DNA from: Myxococcota bacterium
GTDB lineage: Bacteria > Myxococcota_A > Polyangia > Polyangiales > Sandaracinaceae
DNA length: 64,000 nt
Assembly (NCBI GenBank): GCA_036149055.1
Contig: JAYZQJ010000143.1
Location: 1 to 64,000, forward strand
Direction: 5' to 3'
This document shows, one piece after another, positions 18,701 through 27,517 of this stretch. The position numbers and the translations under genes were made by a program. Within the stretch, counting starts at the first letter, position 1. Every line of letters starts with the position of its first letter. The notes below the pieces were generated by a model. It saw only the letters and a program-made list of their open reading frames with translations. It was not told the DNA's origin and did no database searches.

Positions 18701-19525
18701 TCAGGGCTCGTCGGTCGGATCCCAGGCCAGGTGGAGGCCCGCCTCGAGCGCATCGAGGCGGGCCATCTGCGTTTCGGAGAGGGTGAAGTCGAAGACCGAC
18801 GCGTTCTCGTCGATGCGCCGCTGGTTCACCGACTTGGGCAGCGCCACGAAGCCGCGCTGGAGCGACCACCGGAGCAGCACCTGCGCCGGGGTGCGGGAGA
18901 CCTCGTCGGCGACCGCTCGCACCGTGCGATCGTCGAGCTTCTTCGCCTTGGTCAGCGGGCTGTAGGCCTCGACCACGATCCCGTTCGCGCGGCACCAGTC
19001 GACCGCGTCGCGCTGCTGACAGAAGGGGTGCAGCTCGATCTGGTTCACCGCCGGCATCACCTCGCAGCTCTCGGCCAGCTCCTCGAGGTGACGCACCATG
19101 AAGTTGCTGACCCCGATCGCCTTGGCGAGGCCGTCGGCGAGGATCGTCTCCATCGCGCGCCAGGTCTCGCGCCGCTCCGCCTTCGGCGGCCAGTGGATCA
19201 GGTAGAGGTCGACGAAGTCGAGGCCGAGCGCCTCGAGGCTCTCGTGGCAGGCGGCGAGCGTCGCGTCGTAGCCGTGGTGCCGGTTCCAGAGCTTGGTGGT
19301 GACGAAGAGCTCGCCCCGGGGCACGCCGCTCGCCTGGATCCCGATCCCGACGTCGGCCTCGTTCCGGTAGACGTGCGCGGTGTCGATGTGTCGGTAGCCG
19401 CGCTCGAGCGCCCAGATCACCGCGTCCTGGGTCTCGCGGCCCTTCGCGGCGCGGTAGACGCCGAGGCCGAGGCGGGGGATCGGCCGGCCGTGGGGCAGGT
19501 CGACGGTGGTCTGCAGATCGGTCAC
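18701..19525 (-). CDS. Aldo/keto reductase (DkgA/YvgN-like)
   Basis: GYRHIDTAHVY, LFVTTKLW, DLYLIHWP, IGVSNF, NQIELHP and LPKS. GTG start at 19525. Confidence 0.95.
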   Translation of the reverse strand: MTDLQTTVDLPHGRPIPRLGLGVYRAAKGRETQDAVIWALERGYRHIDTAHVYRNEADVGIGIQASGVPRGELFVTTKLWNRHHGYDATLAACHESLEALGLDFVDLYLIHWPPKAERRETWRAMETILADGLAKAIGVSNFMVRHLEELAESCEVMPAVNQIELHPFCQQRDAVDWCRANGIVVEAYSPLTKAKKLDDRTVRAVADEVSRTPAQVLLRWSLQRGFVALPKSVNQRRIDENASVFDFTLSETQMARLDALEAGLHLAWDPTDEP

Positions 19526-19555
19526 CGGCGCAATGTAGCGGTAGACTGCCCGGGC

Positions 19556-20311
19556 ATGTGGCGCGCGCTCGCGATCCTGACCTTGCTGACCGGCTGCTCG
19601 ATGGAGGGCCCGGCGGAGAAGGCCGAGGCCCTGAGCCTCGCCCGGCAGGCCGCGCGCGCCGGCGATCACGCCGAGGCGGCCCGGGCGTACCGGCGCGTGA
19701 CCGAGGTGGACGCGGGCTCCGTCGAGGCCTGGTCGGGCCTCGCGCGGGCCGAGCTGCGGAGCGGCGTCGACGCCCGGGAGAGCGCGCGTCGCCTGCTCGA
19801 CCTCGACGACTCGGTGGACGCCCTCGAGCTGCTCGGCCACGCGCTGCTGCGCGCCGGGGACGCGGAGGGCGCCGCGGCCCGCCTCGAGCGCGCCTACGCC
19901 CGCGACCCTCGGCGTCACCGCCTCTGCTTCCCGCTCGCCCGGGCGCTCGAGCGCGCCGGCCGCGGGACCCCGCTCCACTACCAGCGCTGCGCCGACCGCG
20001 GCGCGCTCGAGGCGGCCTCGCTCCTGGCGGCCACCCGGCTCAGCCTCGACGGCCTCGGGGACGATCCGGTGCCGCACCGCGTCTCGATGACCGTCGACCG
20101 CGTCCGCCCCGACCTCGACCGCGCCCAGGCGGCCGCCCACACCGCCGCCGAGCGCAGCGCCGTCGCCGCCCTCCGCGCCCGGGTCGAGCGCCTCCTCCGC
20201 CGCGCCGGCGGCTACGTCTCCCTCGAGGACGTCCGCGCCCAGGCCGCAGCCCTCGAGGCCGACGCTCCGTCCTGCGCGCCTACCGGACCGCGCACACCGT
20301 CCGGACCGTGA
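19556..20311 (+). CDS. TPR-like lipoprotein
   Basis: MWRALAILTLLTGC lipobox and Ala-rich TPR-like helices. Confidence 0.7.
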   Translation: MWRALAILTLLTGCSMEGPAEKAEALSLARQAARAGDHAEAARAYRRVTEVDAGSVEAWSGLARAELRSGVDARESARRLLDLDDSVDALELLGHALLRAGDAEGAAARLERAYARDPRRHRLCFPLARALERAGRGTPLHYQRCADRGALEAASLLAATRLSLDGLGDDPVPHRVSMTVDRVRPDLDRAQAAAHTAAERSAVAALRARVERLLRRAGGYVSLEDVRAQAAALEADAPSCAPTGPRTPSGP

Positions 20312-21311
20312 CCTCGCCGAGCGTCGCGGTCCGGACCCGATCGGTCCGCCGGTAGGCGTCGAGCGTCTCCGTCCAGCCGGCCTCCTCCATCTTGCGCCGC
20401 CAGAGGGCCCGCGCCTCGGCCGACGGGGCCCAGACGTAGACGCGCTTCAGGCCCGCGGGGAACGGGATGATCTCGTGCAGGATCGCGTGCCGCCGGAAGT
20501 CGAGTGAGCGGCCATCGAGCAGGACCTCGTCGCCGAAGGTGAACAGCGTGGACCCGGGCTCCGTGATCGGCGCGCAGCGAGCGCGGAGGGTCGACGGGAG
20601 GCTCGAGCCGCTCTCCAAGCCGCCGCGGTCACTTTGGAGCGACCGCGCCGCGGAGACGTCGCGCGCGTGGTCGCGGGTCCAGGCGAACGCCGTCGCGCCC
20701 ACCGCGAACACCAGCCCCGCCAGGACCAGCGCGGGCGGGCCGAGCCGCTCGCCGCGTCGGATCCGTGAGGCCATCAGGACCGCGCCCGAGACGAGGCCGA
20801 CGACGCAGACCCCCCATGACCAGAGGACGCGCTGCTCTTGGATCCTCGCGACGACCTCGAGCGGCGCGATCTCTCCCCAGTACGCGCTGGTCAGCAGCTC
20901 CACCCAACCTGCGTTCGCGACCCCGACTACCGCCGCGAGCGCCGCCGCCGTGAGCGCCAGGCCCCGATGGCGAGGCCACGCGCGCCCGAGCCCGATGAGC
21001 GCCGCCGGCAGCGCCAGCGTGAGCAACGGCAGCAGCAGCAGCTGCTGCGGCTCCTCGAGCAGCCACACGACCGAGCTCCGGTCGACCAGGACCTGCAGCG
21101 AGCGCTGCCGATCACGCCCCAGGCTCCAGAGGAGCGGGATCACCGAGCCCGCGGTCAGCGTCGCCGCGACCGCCGCCGCCCGTCGCCGCCCCGCCCGCGT
21201 CGCGCACGCGAACCCCGCGGCCATCAGCGCCGCCGCCGCGACCGCCACCCAGGCCCAGTCCCCCGCGCTCGCGTACCCGAAGTGCCAGGCGATCCGGTCC
21301 AGCTCCCTCAC
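20280..21311 (-). CDS. Hypothetical multi-TM membrane protein (paralogue 1)
   Basis: About 6 TM segments. Shares the C-terminal motif TATLGxVxVxxxCAxR and RCxPxxxPG with 21532-22605. Confidence 0.75.
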   Translation of the reverse strand: MRELDRIAWHFGYASAGDWAWVAVAAAALMAAGFACATRAGRRRAAAVAATLTAGSVIPLLWSLGRDRQRSLQVLVDRSSVVWLLEEPQQLLLLPLLTLALPAALIGLGRAWPRHRGLALTAAALAAVVGVANAGWVELLTSAYWGEIAPLEVVARIQEQRVLWSWGVCVVGLVSGAVLMASRIRRGERLGPPALVLAGLVFAVGATAFAWTRDHARDVSAARSLQSDRGGLESGSSLPSTLRARCAPITEPGSTLFTFGDEVLLDGRSLDFRRHAILHEIIPFPAGLKRVYVWAPSAEARALWRRKMEEAGWTETLDAYRRTDRVRTATLGEVTVRTVCAVR

Positions 21312-21424
21312 GGCAGCCCCGCACGGATCACGAAGGCCACGTACCCCAGCCAGTCCAGCGCCGCGAGCGCCCCCAGCGTCACCCCACCCACGAAGAGCCC
21401 GATCGTCAGCGTATCTCGCGCCAT
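21308..21424 (-). CDS. Small 38-aa hydrophobic peptide (not in the ORF track)
   Basis: MARDTLTIGLFVGGVTLGALAALDWLGYVAFVIRAGLP*. Its stop overlaps the GTG of the next gene (GTGA). Confidence 0.6.
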   Translation of the reverse strand: MARDTLTIGLFVGGVTLGALAALDWLGYVAFVIRAGLP

Positions 21425-21466
21425 GCGCGACGGACCGCGCCGGGCTCGAGAAGTTCCGAGGGGGGG

Positions 21467-21496
21467 GGGACGGAGTGAACTTGTGAACTTACGTAG
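21467..21496 (+). repeat. GGGACGGAGT-N14-ACGTAG repeat, copy A
   Basis: GGGACGGAGTGAACTTGTGAACTTACGTAG; 28/30 identical to the reverse complement of 22694-22723. Confidence 0.85.
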
Positions 21497-21531
21497 GCAT
21501 TCGGCCTATCCGCGCCCGCCGCCAACCGCCG

Positions 21532-22605
21532 TCAGCGAAGCGATGCGCAGGGCCGCTCCACCCGCACCGGCCCGAGCGTCGCGGTCTGGACGTGCTCGAC
21601 CCTCGCGTACAGCCGCGCGGAGTCGGTCCAGCCAACGCGAGCGGCCGCGGCCAGCCATCGCTCCGCGCCCTCGCGCTTGGCCACGACGTGGAGCACGGCG
21701 ACGAAGGGCCCCCGGGGATGCCGCACCGCCCAGTGGAGCGCCATCCTGTGGAGGCGCTCCTCGGGCGCGCGCTCGTCCCGCACCCTCACGTCGTCGAGGC
21801 TCACGCCGCCGTCCGCGTGCAGCTCGAGGAGACTCCCGGGCTGCACCGGTTCGCAGCGCGTGTCGAGCGCCGGAGGAGGCAGGCGGAGCGCCAGCGGAGG
21901 GCGCAGGCTGAGGAGGCTCACCCCCGAGCGCGCGTCGGCGGCGTGCCCGCGCGTGGCCGCGAAGAGCGACGCGCCCGCGACGAACACCAGCGCGGCGAGC
22001 GGCAGAGATCCTCGCCGCGGCCCGACGAGCAGCCCGGCGCCGAACGCAGCGAGCCCCGCGATGACGACCAGGAGGCGCGCGTCGTCGAGCTCGGCGACGA
22101 ACATGCTCGCGTGGGCCGCCCGCTCGGGCGCGGCGCGCGCGTGGTGCCAGGCGAGCTGCTCGAGCGCGCCACCGTACGCGCCCGCGGCCACGACCCAGGG
22201 AACCGCCGCCAGCAGCCCCCAGCGCGTCCGGCGAAGAGTCCGGGCGACGGCGAGCGCGCAGACCGGGATCGCGAGCGCGAGCAGCGGGACGAGGAGCGCC
22301 TCCTCGAGCCTCTCGAGGTCGAAACGATGCACCTCGCCGAGCGGCCGACGCAGCTCATCGAGGAACGCGGCGCGCCGCGCCGCCATGCGGAGACCCAGCG
22401 CGACGGTGATGCCGAGCGTGAGCAGGCACGGCGCCCCCACCCCGAGCACGCGCGCCCGCCGGCTCCTCGCCCGCGCCGCCACGTGCGCGAACCCGGCCCC
22501 GAAGAGGCAGAGCCCCATCGCGATCACGAAGAGCCACGCCTCGGCCCCGGCGATCCTGGCCAGCGACAGCAGCCGCTCGAGCTCCCAGAACGTGCGCCAC
22601 GCCAC
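21532..22605 (-). CDS. Hypothetical multi-TM membrane protein (paralogue 2)
   Basis: Same architecture and C-terminal motif as 20280-21311. Confidence 0.75.
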   Translation of the reverse strand: MAWRTFWELERLLSLARIAGAEAWLFVIAMGLCLFGAGFAHVAARARSRRARVLGVGAPCLLTLGITVALGLRMAARRAAFLDELRRPLGEVHRFDLERLEEALLVPLLALAIPVCALAVARTLRRTRWGLLAAVPWVVAAGAYGGALEQLAWHHARAAPERAAHASMFVAELDDARLLVVIAGLAAFGAGLLVGPRRGSLPLAALVFVAGASLFAATRGHAADARSGVSLLSLRPPLALRLPPPALDTRCEPVQPGSLLELHADGGVSLDDVRVRDERAPEERLHRMALHWAVRHPRGPFVAVLHVVAKREGAERWLAAAARVGWTDSARLYARVEHVQTATLGPVRVERPCASLR

Positions 22606-22654
22606 GCGCGCACCGACCGACGACCGCGCGAGAAGTTCCCAGAATCAGGACGCT

Positions 22655-22723
22655 GGGACGGAGTTTCCTCGTTGCCTCACGTAGGTCTTCTGACTACGTG
22701 AGTTAACAAGTTCACTCCGTCCC
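22655..22723. repeat. Inverted pair (copies B and C) of the GGGACGGAGT repeat, REPIN-like hairpin
   Basis: GGGACGGAGT...CTCACGTAG, a 9-nt loop, then CTACGTGAG...ACTCCGTCCC. Confidence 0.85.
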
Positions 22724-22744
22724 CTCTTCTCTATTCTGGGACGT

Positions 22745-25018
22745 CTACTCGACGGTGGCGCAGGAGACGTCGCGGAGGATGGCGAAGTTGTTGCCCTCCC
22801 AGCACTCCTCCTCGAGGCCCTCGGGGTCGACCTCGACGAAGAGGTCGACGGCCTCCTCGGGGAGGGTGCCGGTGCAGGTGACCTCGGTGCACATCCCGAC
22901 GGTCAGGGCGACCGGGACGGGGGTGCGGCAGAGCTCGGGGCCGTCGGGCGCGCCGAGGCGGAAGGCGATCTCGGTGCCGGCGGCGAGCGGGAGGGTGCCA
23001 CGGTTGCAGATCTGGGCCGGCAGGGTCGCGAGCCGCTCGCCTTCGCAGAGCACCCGCAGCGGGCCCGCCTCGCTGGCCGCGGTGAGGTCGGCGAGGCCGC
23101 GCGCGTCGAGCTCGCCCTGCACGTTCTGACGGAAGTTGTTCAGCGCCGGGTCGCGCCAGTTCGGGGCCACCGCGCTCGAGCGCGGGATGGCGCCGTCGTC
23201 GCCGACGTGGGTGACGGCGTAGGCGTGCTGGTTCCACACCGGGCGCGACGCGGCCCAGCGATCGAGCTCGTCGCGCAGCACGACGATGCCGTGGTTCGTC
23301 TCGAAGGTCGTGGTCGCGCGCAGCGGGTCGGTGGCGGGGCAGCCGAGGGTGCCCGCGTAGTCGTTCACCGCGCTGACGATCTCGGAGTGGAAGTCGCCGT
23401 CGACGTCGACGATGACCGGGTTCTCGTAGGTCGTGCCGCTCGAGCGCGCGGCGCTGTAGCGGACCGTTCCGTCGGCGCCGTCGTAGATGCGCAGGAAGCA
23501 CTCGTCCGCGTAGACCGCCTCCGCCGCGCCGTCGGCGTCGAAGTCGAACACGCTGGACCCGGTCAGGCTCGAGCTCGCGTCCTGGCTCGGCTGCGTCCAG
23601 AGCACGCCGTCGGTGCGGCCGCTCCCGCAGGTCCCGGTCGCGCCCGTCGCCTGACAGTCGAGGTCGAAGACCACGTAGGACGAGCCGCCGGCCGAGGCGA
23701 GCTCGCGCCTCCCGTCGCCGTCGAAGTCGGCGATGGTGGGGGCGCCGCCGTTGCCGCCGCCGGGGATGGACACGGGGCCGAACACCCGCGCGCCGTCGAT
23801 CGTCTGCACGCGCGCCTGGCCGCTGCTGACCACGACCACCTCGGGGAAGTCCATGCCGCCCAGCGCGGCCACCGGGAAGTCGCCGAGGTCGGCCACCGCG
23901 ACGAGGCCGGGCACGGGGCCGGCGGCGAAGTACGGCTCCGCCACCCAGTCGCGCCCGACGTACTCCCAGATCCCGTCGCCGCCGACCAGCTCGACCCGCC
24001 CGTCCTCGTCGACGTCGGCCAGCACCGGCACCTGGCCCTGGCTGTAGGGGCGGTAGCCGATCGACTCGGTGATCACGCAGCCGTCGGGGCCGTAGACCAC
24101 CGCGCCCAGCACGAGCTCGGGCACGCCGTCGTCGTCGAGGTCGTGGATGGACGGGCCGCCCCACTCGTCCGGGCCGCCGAGGTTGTCGGGGGTGCGCCCG
24201 CCCGCGCCGTCGCAGCGGCCCGAGGTCCAGAGGCGCCGCCAGCCCGAGCCGTCGTCGCCGAACGCCTTGAGGCCGCCGTCGTGGCCCTGGGCGACGATCT
24301 CGGGCCGGCCGTCCCCGTCGAGATCGCCGACCGCCACCGACGCCGGGCCCATCGTCGCGTCCGCGGGGTCGGGGAAGCTGAGCTGCTGCGCGCAGTCGCT
24401 GCCGCTGATCACCCGGAGCACGCCGGGCTGCCGGTAGGAGCCGACGGTCGGGAACGAGGTGAAGGCGATCGACGGCGAGAGCGTGGTCGGGTCGCCGTCC
24501 AGGTCGAGGTCGACCACCACCGGGGTGGCCATCACCTGGATCTCGTTCGGGCGCGGGTCGCCGTCCGGCGGGCCGGTCCAGCGGCACTGCACCGCCGGGG
24601 TGATCGCCTCGATGTCGATGAAGCGCTCGCAGGCGTCGTCGTTCACCCGGTCCGCCGGCACGCCGTAGGGGATGCAGCGGCCCTCGTCGCAGTAGCTGTC
24701 GCCCCAGCAGTCGTCGTTGCCGTCGCAGGGGCCGAGGTCCGAGACGCAGGCGTCGAAGCGGCAGATCTCGCCTTCGCTGCAGCAGCTCCGCCCGCACACC
24801 TCCTCGCCGGCCGGGCACAGCCCCGCGTCGGGGGTCGGCACCTCTCCGTCCGTCTGCGCGTCCGGGGTCGGGCCCGCGTCGCTCAGCGGCACGCACAGCC
24901 CGTCCGCGCAGCGCTGCCCTTCGGCGCAGTCGCCGTCGCTGGCGCAGGTGTCCATCGGGTCGCCGCTGCAGTCGCAGCCGAGGAGAAAGAGGACCGCCAG
25001 GCAAGCTCGGAAGCGCAT
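22745..25018 (-). CDS. FG-GAP/VCBS-repeat lipoprotein with Cys-rich N-terminus and CARDB-like C-terminus
   Basis: Lipobox LLGC, repeated DxDxDG..E motifs, GSSVFDFDADG, WNQHAY and EECWEGNN. Confidence 0.85.
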   Translation of the reverse strand: MRFRACLAVLFLLGCDCSGDPMDTCASDGDCAEGQRCADGLCVPLSDAGPTPDAQTDGEVPTPDAGLCPAGEEVCGRSCCSEGEICRFDACVSDLGPCDGNDDCWGDSYCDEGRCIPYGVPADRVNDDACERFIDIEAITPAVQCRWTGPPDGDPRPNEIQVMATPVVVDLDLDGDPTTLSPSIAFTSFPTVGSYRQPGVLRVISGSDCAQQLSFPDPADATMGPASVAVGDLDGDGRPEIVAQGHDGGLKAFGDDGSGWRRLWTSGRCDGAGGRTPDNLGGPDEWGGPSIHDLDDDGVPELVLGAVVYGPDGCVITESIGYRPYSQGQVPVLADVDEDGRVELVGGDGIWEYVGRDWVAEPYFAAGPVPGLVAVADLGDFPVAALGGMDFPEVVVVSSGQARVQTIDGARVFGPVSIPGGGNGGAPTIADFDGDGRRELASAGGSSYVVFDLDCQATGATGTCGSGRTDGVLWTQPSQDASSSLTGSSVFDFDADGAAEAVYADECFLRIYDGADGTVRYSAARSSGTTYENPVIVDVDGDFHSEIVSAVNDYAGTLGCPATDPLRATTTFETNHGIVVLRDELDRWAASRPVWNQHAYAVTHVGDDGAIPRSSAVAPNWRDPALNNFRQNVQGELDARGLADLTAASEAGPLRVLCEGERLATLPAQICNRGTLPLAAGTEIAFRLGAPDGPELCRTPVPVALTVGMCTEVTCTGTLPEEAVDLFVEVDPEGLEEECWEGNNFAILRDVSCATVE

Positions 25019-25063
25019 GTCGCCAGCTTACCGGAGGGCGGGTCGGTTTTTTTTCGGATCGGC

Positions 25064-25090
25064 TGTCGATTCTCGGTCGGCCCGTTCGAC
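25064..25090 (+). promoter_or_regulatory. Putative ECF42-type promoter
   Basis: TGTCGA-N17-CGAC upstream of the VOC/DGPF/ECF42 operon; matches the ECF42 consensus as I recall it (TGTCGA / CGWC). Confidence 0.75.
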
Positions 25091-25133
25091 CAGGGGGTGA
25101 GAGCCGAAGAGGCGCAACCTGGGAGAACGACAA

Positions 25134-25880
25134 ATGTCCTACGATTACGGTAAGTTCAACTGGTTCGAGCTGGTCACCACCGACGTGGAGCGCGCCGTCG
25201 CGTTCTACCCCGAGACCCTGCCCTGGAAGGCGAAGGACGCCGAGATGCCGGGCTTCCCCTACACCCTGCTGATGCACGGGGAGACCAGCGTCGGCGGGCT
25301 CACCGCGCCCCAGCAGGAGGGCACGCCGAGCCACTGGCTCAGCTACGTCTCGGTGGAGGACGTCGACGCCACCGCGAAGAAGGTCGCGGCGCACGGCGGG
25401 AAGGTGCTCGCCGACGCGTTCGAGGTCCCGTCGGTCGGGCGCATGCAGCCGGTGATGGACCCGGAGGGCGCGCCCTTCGTGCTCTTCCACGCCGCCGAGG
25501 GTGAGCCGCCCGCGACCGAGGGCGCCGGCAGCTGGCACTGGAACGAGCGGTGGGCGAAGGACCCGGAGAAGCTCGCCGGCTTCTACGCGCAGGTCCTCGG
25601 CTACTCGCACGACGTGATGGAGATGCCGAACGGCCCGTACTTCATCTTCAAGAACGGCGAGAAGATGCGCGGCGGCATGATGAAGGCGCCCTCGGACGAG
25701 ATGCCGTCGGTGTGGCTCCAGTACGTCACCGTCGACGACGCCGACGCCACCCTCGCCCGCGCCGAGCGCAACGGGGCCACGCCGCTCGGCGAGCCCATGA
25801 CCGTCCCGGGCGTGGGCCGCTTCGCGATGTTCGCCGATCCCACCGGCGCCGTGCTCGGCGTCATCACGCCCGACGCCTGA
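25134..25880 (+). CDS. VOC/glyoxalase family protein with two domains
   Basis: FNWFELVTTD..AFY, HWLSYVSVEDVDA and GRFAMFADPTGA. Confidence 0.93.
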   Translation: MSYDYGKFNWFELVTTDVERAVAFYPETLPWKAKDAEMPGFPYTLLMHGETSVGGLTAPQQEGTPSHWLSYVSVEDVDATAKKVAAHGGKVLADAFEVPSVGRMQPVMDPEGAPFVLFHAAEGEPPATEGAGSWHWNERWAKDPEKLAGFYAQVLGYSHDVMEMPNGPYFIFKNGEKMRGGMMKAPSDEMPSVWLQYVTVDDADATLARAERNGATPLGEPMTVPGVGRFAMFADPTGAVLGVITPDA

Positions 25881-25910
25881 ATCGGGTATCCTTCGAGCCA
25901 AGGGGAAGAC

Positions 25911-26261
25911 ATGCAATACCTGTTGTTGATCTACGAAGACGAGAACGTCGCCAAGGACATGACGCCCGAGGAGATGAACGCGCTCGTCGCCGAGTACGGC
26001 GCGTTCACCGAGGGCATCGTGAAGTCGGGGCACTACAAGGGCGGTGAGGCGCTCACCCCGGTGGACACCGCGACCACCGTGCGGGTGCGCGAGGGCAAGA
26101 CGGTGAAGACCGACGGGCCCTTCGCCGAGACCCGCGAGCAGCTCGGGGGCTACTACCTGGTCGAGGCGCCCGACCTCGACGAGGCGTGCCGCATCGCGGC
26201 CAAGATCCCGGCGGCCCGCACCGGCTCCATCGAGGTCCGACCCATCCAGAAGTGGGACTGA
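25911..26261 (+). CDS. YciI/DGPF-family protein
   Basis: TDGPFAETREQLGGYY and GSIEVRP. Confidence 0.95.
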   Translation: MQYLLLIYEDENVAKDMTPEEMNALVAEYGAFTEGIVKSGHYKGGEALTPVDTATTVRVREGKTVKTDGPFAETREQLGGYYLVEAPDLDEACRIAAKIPAARTGSIEVRPIQKWD

Positions 26262-27517
26262 CCGAAGCCCGCGCGGCGGTCGACCGGCTCTATCGTGAAG
26301 AGCACGGCCGGATCGTCGCGCCGCTCATCCGCCTCCTCGGCGACTTCGATCGCGCCGAGGAGGTGGTCCAGGAGGCCTTCGAGGCGGCGCTGACCCAGTG
26401 GCCGTCCGAGGGCCTCCCGGACGAGCCGCGCGCGTGGGTGCTCCGCGCGGCGCGGAACAAGGCGATCGATCGCATCCGGCGCGGCCGCACGTTCCGGGAC
26501 AAGCAGGCCGAGCTGAAGGCGGTGGCCGACGTCGAGCAGGCGTTCGCGCCGTCGGCCGAGGAGCTGCTCGAGGCCGGGCCGCGGGACGACATGCTGCGGC
26601 TCGTCTTCACCTGCTGTCACCCGGCGTTCGGTGCAGACGCGCAGATCGCGCTGACGCTGCGCACCATCTGCGGCCTCACCACGCCGGAGATCGCGCGGGC
26701 GTTCCTGGTCGACGAGAAGGCGATGGCCCAGCGGCTGGTGCGCGCCAAGAAGAAGATCCGCGCGGCCGGCATCCCCTACCGCGTGCCCGCGCCCGAGGAT
26801 CTCCCGGATCGCATCGACGCGGCGCTCGCGACGCTCTACCTCGTGTTCAACGAGGGCTACGCCGCCACCGCCGGCGACGCGCTCGTGCGCCAGGATCTCT
26901 GCCGCGAGGCGATCCGGCTGGCGGAGCTGGTGAGCGCGCTCCTGCCGAACGAGCCCGGGCCGAAGGGGCTGCTCGCGCTGATGCTGCTCCACGACGCGCG
27001 CCGTCACGCCCGGGTCGACGCGGAGGGTGATCTGGTGCTGCTCGAGGCGCAGGACCGGGCGCGCTGGGACCACGAACAGATCGCGCGGGCGCTGCCGCTC
27101 GTCGACGCCGCGCTCCGGGAGCGGCCGCCGAGGGGCTACGCGATCCAGGCCGCGATCGCCGCGCTCCACGCCCAGGCGCCGCGGCCCGAGGACACCGACT
27201 GGCGTCAGATCGCGGGGCTGTATCACGTGCTGCTCCGGCTCGAGCCGTCGCCGGTGGTGGAGCTGAACCGCGCGGTGGCGATCGCGATGCACGGCGACGT
27301 GGAGGAGGGGCTGCGGCTGCTCGACGCGCTCGCCGCGCGCGGCACCCTCGCCCGCTATCACCTGCTGCCGGCCGCCCGCGGCGACCTGCTGCGGCGGCTC
27401 GGGCGCACGGGTCAGGCCCGCGCCGCCTACGAAGAGGCGCTCTCGCTGGTGAGCAACGACGTCGAGCGGCGGTTTTTGGAGCGACGGCTCGAGGCGCTTC
27501 AGCGCGCGCAGACCTGA
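26252..27517 (+). CDS. ECF42-type RNA polymerase sigma factor with TPR-like C-terminal extension
   Basis: AEEVVQEAF, ARNKAIDRIRR, LVFTCCHPA, EIARAFL, LYLVFNEGY and VVELNRAVA; adjacent to a DGPF gene. Start is approximate. Confidence 0.92.
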   Translation: MGLTEARAAVDRLYREEHGRIVAPLIRLLGDFDRAEEVVQEAFEAALTQWPSEGLPDEPRAWVLRAARNKAIDRIRRGRTFRDKQAELKAVADVEQAFAPSAEELLEAGPRDDMLRLVFTCCHPAFGADAQIALTLRTICGLTTPEIARAFLVDEKAMAQRLVRAKKKIRAAGIPYRVPAPEDLPDRIDAALATLYLVFNEGYAATAGDALVRQDLCREAIRLAELVSALLPNEPGPKGLLALMLLHDARRHARVDAEGDLVLLEAQDRARWDHEQIARALPLVDAALRERPPRGYAIQAAIAALHAQAPRPEDTDWRQIAGLYHVLLRLEPSPVVELNRAVAIAMHGDVEEGLRLLDALAARGTLARYHLLPAARGDLLRRLGRTGQARAAYEEALSLVSNDVERRFLERRLEALQRAQT

